64,000 nucleotides of DNA. Origin: Podarcis muralis (Eukaryota). The first letter of the stretch is position 1, and each line of letters starts with the position of its first letter. Positions 1-11,100 of the stretch are shown here, in pieces. The DNA is taken from assembly GCF_964188315.1 (NCBI RefSeq), contig NC_135657.1:23250001-23314000 (forward strand), written 5' to 3'. Under the pieces are notes generated by a model. It saw only the letters and a list, made by a program, of their open reading frames with translations. It was not told where the DNA came from and ran no database searches. A program made the position numbers and the translations under genes.

Positions 1-640
1 GCATATTGCTTCCCAGCATGCAAATGAAGGAGGTGAGGACAGGTGACCCCACCTAGGCCAGAAGTCACCCCCCCCCAACCAGGCCTCAAAACTGTCCAAA
101 ATTCCTTTTCTCTCTGCTAAAAATCCACAGCTAAAGTTTTCCTCACAAGATGCTGTTGCAAAGGCAAAATGGTATTCTTTTATCAGTACGAGAAGGCTTC
201 AAAAAGCTAATGAATAGGCTCTGTCTGTCTAAGCAAGCCTGAGAACTGACTCTTATCTCACTCTAGTTGCAACACATCTTGGACACAGTGAACCGCAAGG
301 CTCCTCGACCCCCTTGGCTTCTCACCCCCTTTCCTGGGAAGGGCGCCAAGAGTCCAAAAGAGTCCCAAGACAGGAGCTTTCTGTTCATGCTCAGCGGAAC
401 TCATGGGGCAGGACTCTTGAGGAGGAGGAGACAGGGGAGGGAACTGAAGGGGAATATATGCTCTGTGCAAATGGCTGTGAACTCGTGCTTGTTTTGTGAA
501 TCTATCACACTTGCTCCTTCTGCCACCCCGGATGGCAGAATAAAGCTTTCTCTCTGAAACTATTCCTTGAGTGTCTGTTGACTCCCATTTCCCCGTCCCG
601 GGCGCAAAGCTCTTCTCACCCGAGGCTAAAAAGGCTACAC
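1..640 (+). mobile_element. Possible LTR fragment (U3-R-U5-like layout)
   Basis: TATA-like AATATAT at 453-459, AATAAA at 539-544, then a pyrimidine-rich stretch ending in ...GGCTACA(CA). No partner LTR, PBS or TSD seen. Confidence 0.25.
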
Positions 641-2057
641 AGATATTTTGGAAAATGTGCACCAGCTTTAAATAGATGTTTACAGGATTTCCCTTTATCA
701 GCCCGGCACACAGATGGTAGAATTAACTCTGCGTTGATCATCTCATTGCTCAACAGCACAAGGCTTGCTTACCTGTTACGTTGAACACAGGTATGCATGT
801 AGGAAATAAGCACATTTGGGGCAAAAAAATGGATGTGATATTTGTCACATAATTTGGCCTAGTGTGCTTAACTTAACCGAGGGGTGGGGATGGGTATAGC
901 TGGGATGAGATAAGCCAGATAAGCAACAGAGCATGTGTTTATATGTGTGTAACACATATATATGTATATGTATATGTATATGTGTATGTGTATACAGCAC
1001 AGGGTACATTGTTTAGTCCTTTGCCTCTTTCACTATTCCAATCACAGTGTTGTATCTGGCAGCTTCCTTAAATGTGTGCTGAAGAAGAAGCACTTTTCTC
1101 TAGCCTTTGACACATGAGATATGTTTTCTTCACCCACCCTATTCCCGTGATGGCCATTTGCTTTAAACCGTTTTTAATATTAAATTTTAAATTGTTGGAA
1201 CCTGCCCTGAGACCTGCTGGTGGAAGGCAGGTAAGAAATATAATCATCATCCCACTCCCCACACCTGTGGCAAATGAATGTTTTTCTGTTATTGCACATA
1301 GCAGATACAGAAAAGGGCAATTCTATTCAAGATTGGGGGGGGGGGGTGTTAAAGCCCTCATCCCCTATGCCACAGTCAGCCAGTTATTTATTTTTGAAAT
1401 ACCAATGATTCAGTAACAAACAACACACAATGAACTATCATGTCTGTAAACTGGCCCTGAGAAGAAAGGTTCCATGAAAAAATTCTTCCTTATGTCCTTG
1501 CTATCAACATGCCGCCAGAAACCTAATATACAGCTATTCAACTAATCTCAACTGCACACTGAAACATGCCTATTATGTTTGAAAGACCTTTGCCAGGACT
1601 TTTGATAGGACATGGGGCAGCCCGTCCCATTTTGTTGCCTGCCTGAGGTGAAATGGAGGTGTTGCCTTACCAGGAGTGTGCAGCTACAAATTACAGGTTC
1701 CAGCAAGATCGTGCCAGGAATCTGCAAGATCGCACCAGAACTCAGAACCCACATCCACTTCCCCTTGCTTCTCTGGTGGTGGTGGGAAGGACACCCCTGG
1801 CTCTGGGGTAAGTGAGGAGAAGCAGTGGCAGGTATAAGTTTTCAGGTGAGCGCCACAAGATCTCAAGAGATCTCCCTGGAAACTACTGCCACTTCTCTGG
1901 CTGTGGCAGGAGGGGGTGCCCACGGAAGCACGATGCTTTGGCATTCTACCACCCAAGGTGGCTGCTTCAGTCTGCCTTATGGGTGGGCTGGCCCTGGATA
2001 GGACATTTAAACACTCATTTTATGACTTACGACTCATTTCGCTAAACAAGAACTCAC

Positions 2058-2144
2058 CCAAGTATCCAATGATACATGATAATGACTTCCGAGTGCTTTT
2101 AATCTTCAAAGGATTTCCAACAAATTCACAATGTCTGTCAGCAT
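2058..2144 (-). CDS. MTA3: MTA3 exon ~15: (Y)[28 protein letters not shown]
   Basis: 87 nt; acceptor gatccctag, donor gtgagt; resembles human [28 protein letters not shown]. Confidence 0.94.
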
Positions 2145-5100
2145 CTAGGGATCGAAAACAGAATGTTATTTTAAGACGGAGTAGGGTAGGATGAAGAACC
2201 AGTGACAGCCACAGCTTTCCGAAGCTTGTCAAGGGTTCTGTTGATGAGAAGATCAATAACGGCTGGCAGGTTTTCTGGAAGAAGACAGCACTGGTGCCAT
2301 TGAAAGGATTTCACTCTCCTATGTGCATCTGCACTATACATCTAGAGCACTATGATACCATGTCACAGATTCCCTCAAAGAAAGCTGGGAGCTATCATTT
2401 GTTGAGGGTGCTGAGAGTTGTTAGGAGACCCTTATTCTCCTCCTCACAAAGCTACAATACTCAGAGTGGTTTATCAATCAATCAATCCTCTTTTCCAGGG
2501 AACTCTGGTTAGGGTTCATAATTGTGTGTCCCCAGCACCACCTTCTGAAGACACCCATGCAAGGTGGTCTGGAACCTCTGAATAAATGTACCTCCGGAGC
2601 CGGGCCCAGATGGGTGATCCAGAAGGACACCATTGTTGAGAGAGACACTGAGAGAACATGGAGAACGAACAGGAAATTGGAAGGCTTCTGCTATGTGTTT
2701 GTAGCACACTAAACCAGAAAGGAATTAATTTCACTTGCTCTCCAGAACTGTAGCTGTATTGGTTTGTTATGTCTTTTAAAATTCTCTGAGAATAAGGCCA
2801 TCAAACCCAGTAGAGCTTGTTTTTGAGAAGACATACCGGTACATAGGACTGAGGTAGCTATGGTGAAAATTGAAGTAAGGTGATCTTTATTCCAGGATTA
2901 GTTAATTCAGAACACTCTTGCCTGCGGCTCTACCCATTGTTGGCTCTGAGAGAATGTGTCCCTCAGCAGACAAAACTGCCCATTCTGCTCTAGACCAGTG
3001 TTCTTTGACCTTAGATCCCCAGGTGTTGGTGGACTACAACTCCCATCATCTGCAACCATTGGCTAAACTCTTTGGGGAAGATGGGGGGATAGTCCAAGAA
3101 CATATGGACATCCAAGATTAGAGAACATGGCTCTGGACCATAATTTAGAATCCTGCAGTTCAGTAGCAGAGGTTCATGGGTATCTCAGCAGACATGTCAG
3201 CAATCAGGGGTTCAGTGTGGTCAGGACATCCAGAGCACCCAGACCTACTCATGAGCAGGAGTTCACATTTGGGGCTTTCACAGATTCACAGAATTGTAGA
3301 GTTGGAAAGGTCCACAAGGGTCCTTTAGTCCAATACTCTGCAATGAAGGAATCATTCGCCCAATGTGGGGCTCGAACCCACGACCCTGAAATTAAGAGTC
3401 TAGTGCTCTTACCAACTGGTTAGTGAAAGAAAAAGAAACAGCGCCACTCCTCAGTCTACAAACTTACGCCCTTCCGTGATCCATGTGAGAATCAGGCTCT
3501 AGTAGTTGCTATTTTTAAAATTAAACCTGTCACATTGTACCACTTGAAAACAAAACTTAAAAACACCTTGTAGGACAATGACTGCATAACAAAGACAAAC
3601 TGTAAAGACAATTTGGAAATAAAAATAAAACGTATAATGTTGTAGCAAGCATAAAGCACAGCATATGTACCAAAAAACTGGAAGTCTGTTGGGTGCAAGA
3701 CTGGGGCAATGGAGTGAAGGAGCAGATACATCCATTGAAGTCCAACAGCAAAGGGGTGCCTTCCTCTCTGCCTCTGGCTCAGCAGCACTGGAATCCAAGC
3801 CCAGCCTATGTGGAAAAGCTGCACCATTCAAGAGTCTTTGTAGAATGGGTCAGGCCTGTTCACAAGCCCTTACTCAGACAGTTGCACAAATGTGACCTGA
3901 TTTTCCTCTGCAGTAAGTTACCATTTTACTTGCCTACAGTTCTCTCATAAGAGCAGTCATGGTGTGTTGGCTATAGCAGGGGTAGGGAACCTTTGGCCTG
4001 CCAGATGTTGCTGAACTATAACTCCCATCAGCCCCAGCAAGCATGGCCAATGGCAATGGATGATGAGAGTTGACATTCAAGGATTCCTCACCCCTGGGTT
4101 AAAGTAAGGGAGTAACTACCCAAACCCAGGCACATGAATAGTTGTTGTCCTCCGTTTGCGGACAGAGAAAATGGTGGACCATTTCACTGAATTTTTCTCC
4201 CAATGAGGGGAAATTCTGCAACAACTTCTCAGAGGTAGGGCTCATTGCAATAGCACACCTCCCCCACCTCCAAAGTGTGTGTCTATGTATGTGTGCACTG
4301 CTATCTACTGAAAGTGAAAGCTGTGGCAACTGTATTGGTTGCCAGGCTGTGTGAAGTACTGTCTTTTGACTGTCCTGAATCGTCCAACATTCAGCTTCAA
4401 TGGAAGTCCACGTTTTCTAGTGCTGTGAGGGGGGGGGGGGACTTCTCCCTGTTCACTTTATCCACACCACTTGTAATGTTCTACACTCTTAACACATGAC
4501 TTCTACACTAAAAAGTACCAAACGTCTGCAATCTTTCGCCACAGGGGAGTTGCTGCATCCCTTGATTATTTCGGTTGTGCTTTTCTGAAGGTTTCCCAGC
4601 TCTACGTTATTTGTTTTGAGGTGATCAACCAGAAGTGTACCTCATAAAAGTGCTCATCAGCTGATTCACAGCCTCCTGAGAAAAGGTTCAGGTGGAATAA
4701 AAGAAAACAAAGCAAAAAGGCAGGCAATTATCTCCAGTGCTCCATAATTAGCTGTCACCTGAATTGAAAAACAATGGTCTTTGAATCTCATCATACTCTC
4801 ATTAATGAGGATCTGTCATGGAACCAAAACAGGAAGAATTCATAATGGTGCTATTTTTACAAGTCACTTTTATTTATTTGATACACTTATATCCCACCTT
4901 TCCTCCAGGTTAGCTAAATATGGCATGGATGGTTCAGACCCCCGCCGTTTTAGTCTCACAACAAACGTGTGAGGTAGGCTAGACTGGGAAATGGTGACTG
5001 CCCCAAGCCACTTCATGTCTGAGTGAAAATCAGAAACTGGGGTCTCCTGACTCCTCATCTGACACTTTCTAGCCATTGGACCACACTGGCTTACTGTGCA

Positions 5101-8100
5101 TGTTGACTCAGCAGAAAATCCAATCAAATTCTACTCTCAAGTGAGTGTGCATAGGATTGCAGCCTTTCCTGACCTGGTTATTCTGCTGTCTGTTTAGAAA
5201 AAGGCACCAGCCTCGCATTGCCCTAAATTCCACACAAACCAAGTTACCTCAGGTTGAAAGGCCGAAATAAAGGCTGCATTTGTTTGAACGGCATTGGATA
5301 GGGATTAGTAAAGAAGGCATGCCTGTTTTTTATGCCTCTCATGCATAATCTCTGCACAGGAGCCCATTCCTGCAAATATCTCCCCTTGTACAATGGGATT
5401 TCCTTCCCTTTCCCCAACTCCATCGCCCTAATTTTTTCTGAGGGTTGAGGGGAACCTCAGACAGATTTAGGGTGGAACAGGGGGAATGAGAGGGATATAA
5501 TGTTCCATTGTGCAAAGAGAAATCTTTGTGCTGACAGAGCATTTTAGGTACTGCATGTATAATAGAGTGTATTCAGATTAGATCAGATGTGAAAGTTCAT
5601 CAGGTCTGAACTTTCAAGATCAACTATATGGCTTCAATGGAACGGGATAACCCTCTGTCTTTCTAAACTTGAGCAAAGATCATTTGGCCCTTTAAGATCC
5701 CAGAAGCCATCCTAGAAGAGTTACAAAATCCAATCCTTTCCCCTTTGCTCAGTCCAAATTATAAGTATGAAAGTACTGTAGAACCTTCATTCTCCCCCCC
5801 CCCCGTTAGAAGTGTATGTTAAACAGAAGATAATACTTTATAGGATTGCAGAATCAACACCTCAACAGGTCAGACTACAGCAGAAGAGCTTGAATAAAAT
5901 TGCAAAATACTGAGTTCTTTCAAAAGGTTCAAAAATTGAACCTGAGAACATTTCTAATTCAAATAACTATGCAATGAAACAATGGAGGATGTTGCTGTAT
6001 AAGGAATGTGTATATTGCAAGATTTATTAGTTTAATTTTCAAGAACAGCCCCTTTTATTATGCTTTCAGTGAACAGAAGAATTCAAAACCAACTAGGCAT
6101 TTAAAACTTTGCTCACATATTTTATTTTATGTAATCCTATCTCCACACACTTCCCACACAAATCCACTAACCCTTTTAAAATACAACTTAATGCCATAGC
6201 ATCACAAAGACCAAAAATTCATCTGGCTTTGCCTCAGCAGAAATGTAAAAGCCGAAGTGCAAGATATAAATTCCCTATTTCATTAATCCAGCATGGAAAA
6301 CAATAGCAGAGGCCAAAAATATGCTGGAAGAAATAATGGCTTATCTGAACCTGCACAACTTCCAAAGGTGTAATTTTATAGGGCATGGTGCAAGTCAATA
6401 TGAGAAATAAAAGTTTCAGGACGCCTATTACAAAAAGAATGCTTGCATGCATTCATATGGTTATTATGGGTGAGTTTTTATACTAAAACGTACTGACACA
6501 CAAATAAAACTGGTATGAATATTGAGTTTTTAATTTTTGCCAAGGACTGCAATGTCACATGAAATATCGCCTAACCCATTTCGATCACCTGGGGAAATTC
6601 TATGGATGGCACCACAGAATTTCACAGGGCAGTGACCCAAAAATGGGCATTTTCTGTTTTTGCCCCTGAAGCAGTGTTTCTGTAACTTGGGCCTCCAGTT
6701 GTGGTTGGACTATAATTTCCATCATCCCTGGTAGCTAGGGATGATGGTATTTGTAGTCCAGCAACAGCTGGAGACCCAAATTAGAGAAAAACTGTTATAC
6801 AATGGACTATTTCCCCCTCTGCTGTACATGAAGCAGCAGCCATCAGTTGCTTCAGACATATTGTAAAAATGGAAAGCCTTTTTGCCCAGCTCCCTCTGAT
6901 CCTTAAGACCCTGTTTTCTATGCTTGAATCCCTTAATAATTTTTTTGCTTTGTTTTTCTCTGATATGCTAAAGGTAAAGGTAAAGGGACCCCTGACCATT
7001 AGGTCTGATATGCTACTCCTTGTTAATATACGCTGTTGGTTGGTTTTAGGTTGTATTTTTGTATTAAAGCTATGGTATAGCACTTAGAATTTTATACATG
7101 TTTTGAAATAAAATATACATAATAAAATAAATATGGGGAATGTGCAATCCAGGGTGTGTGTGCATGCACACACAGAATGTGAGACAAATTAATCCCAAAT
7201 GAGCGGGGGATACCTGGCTAGCTGTATGCTTGCAGTCTCTGCTCTTTTTCTTCCCATTCTTTTAGAAGTAATCCCAGACTGACACTTCAGCCCAAATTCA
7301 GGACTGACTGAAGTTAGTTCAAATTCACAAAACCTTCACCAAAAACCACAAACTCTGCTCTTAAATTCTCAGCTTATAATGGCTGGAGCTCCTGAAATGC
7401 ATTCAACCCATAAAAACTATGAGCAGGTGCCAACCCTCAGTACGTTTTATTATAAAGCTTACGACGTCTTTCACATGTTCTTCCTTTTACCTAACTCCTG
7501 CACTTTTTTCCATTCTGTTCCATTTCCAGTCTCTCACTAAGTGGGGTTATGTTCCATTAGGATTATTTTTTATGGAGAGGGAATTGCTCTTGTAACTACT
7601 TGGAGCATGCAAGATGTGGGTGTGGCAAATCATTGAGAGTTATTGTTGAGTCAGAAATGAAATAGCCCAGCATGACTGTAGTTTCCCTGGAAATGTATAA
7701 CTAATTTTAAAAGTTCTAACCCCTAATCGTTGAATACTAAAATGAACTTTCTCCAGCAGAACAATGGCGAGCTTGCTCTGGCAATTCTAATCTAGCCACA
7801 TGCGTTTTCCCTCCATTATTTTCTTTTGAAATGCCATTGTTCATTTCTACCAGCGATTACAGTTAGAGCCCTGCAACAGAAAACAAACATGGCAGAAAGA
7901 ACTCCCTAGAGCCATGTTCAGATTTATGAAACTTTCCTTAAATCTAACTAAGCCCTGGTCCTAATAACACTTGCCTTCAGTTTCAATGTAGGATGAAGAC
8001 ACATGCAATGATTTTTAGAGAAAAGGGGCCCCGCTGGAAACTCTGTCCACAATGCTCGGTCCCAACATACCTTTTCTTCCCCTAGCTGAGGATGGGAGTG

Positions 8101-11100
8101 GGTGGAAATTGCTGTGCAATTTGGAAGAACAAGTGGAAGAGGTCTCCCTCCACTGGACTCTGCTGGGCTGCACTGGTTGAGGGGTCTCAAAGCCAACATA
8201 AGCAAGGAGAAGATGCAGCTAGGCTAGTTAGGAATGCACTACGGCAGTCCAGCTATCAGCAATGGGTCTCTTCATTGCACTGGCCTGGAGCTGGAGTGGC
8301 AAAAATTATGGCGCGCGCACACACACACACACACCTTCCACCCTGGCCGGCGTGAGCAGCAGTTTTCGGAGGTGGCATCACTGTCCCATTTCCATTCACC
8401 TCCATTCCTCAGGCCTCAAAATGACAATCCTTCTTCTACACCCTTTTAAAAAAGCTGCAGCAACATGTTACACTGTATAACAGTTTTACATCCAGCTCTT
8501 GTGTGTATGTGTAATTATTTCCACTGGGAGCTTCTTCCCTCGCTAGTCCCAGCCCTTTAATTTGTTCACATTCCTTTTATTTATCTCCCTGTGCTTTCCA
8601 ACTTATTCTGCTAAGAAGATTACTGTTCTTTAGCATCACTCTGAAGTTCATTCCTCAGCGTGACACGTCTATTAAGAGTCTCGGGGAAGCTCCCTAGTGA
8701 ATTGAAGGGACACCGGTGTGTAAATAAAGGTGATGCCATTACTTGTGGGCTTGAAAAGTTTCTTTCTGCCCCCAGGCCTGAGAGATCATGCTCATCATCC
8801 ATTTCTTAAGAGAGCACCGTGATTCCTCCAAGATCTACAGAAGATAATAGAATCAAATAATTATATTTGGGACCACAAGGGTTATCTAGTACAACCCCCT
8901 GCAATCCAGGAATCTCAGCTCAGTGGTACCACAAGTACCTCAACTACAAAGCTTCTCAGGCTCAAGTATTGGGAATTTCAGAAAAAGGCAGGTGATGTGA
9001 AAGACATCTGCAGGAAACATTGATAACAGAGACATTACTAGGCTACATGGAGCATTAGCCTGAAGTTAGACCACTTATTTCACTGGTCTCATGCTAAAAG
9101 TTGAGTCACATGGCAGCAAACTAGGTTTGCATATAATATAGGTTTTTATGCCTACCCTAACAGCACACTACTTTGTTCCTAAAAATTCAAAATCCTGCAA
9201 ATAATAGATAAATGAACATTATTACCATCACCACTGCTGGGCAGAGTCCACTGAGCATCTCTGCATACAAACCTCAATGCAATGATGGGAGCTGCCCATT
9301 AAGTTGGTACAATAACAAAGCATGCAAATTGAACTCATGTATGCAAAACAAGCACACAGTTCACTTTCTCAGAATCCAGTATCTTGGCGTTAAGTTTGCT
9401 TCTCGTAATGTAATCTGTGTTTTTTAATCATACGAATCTGACTGAAACGTTCATGAAACTATATTACATGTTATCTATTTTGTGTACAAGGAAGCATAAT
9501 AAAAACGAAAGGGAAATGATGTTCATCTTTTATCTCCAACTGGAGATTTGAGGTCTAAAACAAAATCAAGTTGTAACAGGATGAATTAATATTGTATAAT
9601 AAAACACAACAGCCTAGCATGCGTCATCAAGCCTCTCAATGCTTGACAGTGATTTCAAAGTGCTGTTTCAACACACATTCATTTGTGCATCCATTGTATG
9701 AAAAATTAGGGCATGAGCTTGTTAGGTGCCACTACGTCAAGCCTGCGGAGAAATGGATACTATTACAATTCTGCTAAAATACACATTTTTCCCTTGTGGA
9801 ATTAGCTAGCAAAAACTGTGAGTCACAGATGTACACAGTACACATTTTGTTTTTAGACACACTACTGTTGGTAGCAATTTATCTAATAATATTAGGTGGC
9901 ATTTATTAGGTGGTACCTAGCAGTACTGTTCTAATGTTCCGGCCAAGTCATGATTGCAATATTCTACCACCAGCTTCAGTGGCAATGTGTCTGTGCATTA
10001 CCAGAAGCTGGGGAACAACAGCAGGAGAGGCCTGGGGGTCCTTCTGTCCCTCCTGGAAACATACCAGAGGCCACTATGTGAAACAGGATGCTGGACCAGA
10101 TATTGCTCTTGGATCAAATCCAGAAGGGCTCTTCTTATATTTAAATATATAAAAAGGCTATTCTCAAAGGTGATACGATTTTCTATTACATTAACAGTCT
10201 CCAGATCCAAGCACTGACCGGCTCCGGATTACGCTTAGAGTACAGTCCATCAAGCAATCATTTGATTTCAATATAGCTTATGCAGGGTTAATGCGCTCGC
10301 AGCTATGGACTGGCAGAGGAAAAATTCCCCTTTGCAGGTACTCGGAATGCAAATCATGCAAGCAAACAGATTGCAAAAGTGAAGTGCCAAGCAGCTAAGC
10401 AAAGGGACGTACGGATAGTATCAGCCAGCTGACCGGCGCTTACCGAACACCTGCAAAGGGGTGTGCACCAAACGCCAATCAGTAATTGATGCTGAGAGCA
10501 ACCCCAATGGGGAACTTCCTAGTGCAGCTGATCCTGGTGGGGCTGTCTGTGAGCCCCACTTGCCAAGGAAGAAATGGGAGCACACTATTAAGCCACGTCT
10601 TTCCTGTGACATACCCGAGGTTGCATATGGCACCAGGTGTGTTGCTGGTGGGGAAATGACTTCATGGGCCAAATTTGGGCTGCTGGCAGGTCTAATGAGG
10701 CTTGCAGGCCAGAGGTGCCCCACCACTGTGCCAGCTCCCCTGAGATGAACGCAGGCTGTATTGTTAGCAGCGTTTGTGGTCTGAATCTTTTTACTGTGGA
10801 TCTCTGTCCACTAACATATACTGAAACAACTTCTGCTGTGTCGAGCATTCAGGTCCAGGGGATATTTGAACATGCAGAAGGGGGAAAAAGGGGGGGGGGA
10901 GACTGCTGTATACAAAAAGTGAACCCTATTCATAGCAAAGGAGGAGGGAGCTCCATACTCACATTCACAATGTGGAGCTCCCTTAAAATGAATGAGTCTT
11001 GTGTTTTGTATGCTCAAGGAGCCACTGGGCTGCAGTGCTTAACCCAGCTGATCACAGCATCCCCTTCCACCAAAGCCAATCAACAGGGAAGCTTAGCTGG

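Noticed and set aside
258-662. 134-aa minus-strand ORF as MTA3 exon 16
   Set aside because: No similarity to the expected IHPAKKP...GKRNYSHHNG sequence; exon 16 is presumably beyond coordinate 1.
3357-3420. Functional tRNA-Lys gene
   Set aside because: The 5' acceptor stem and D-arm are diverged and it is fused to a CR1 tail, so it is a SINE head.
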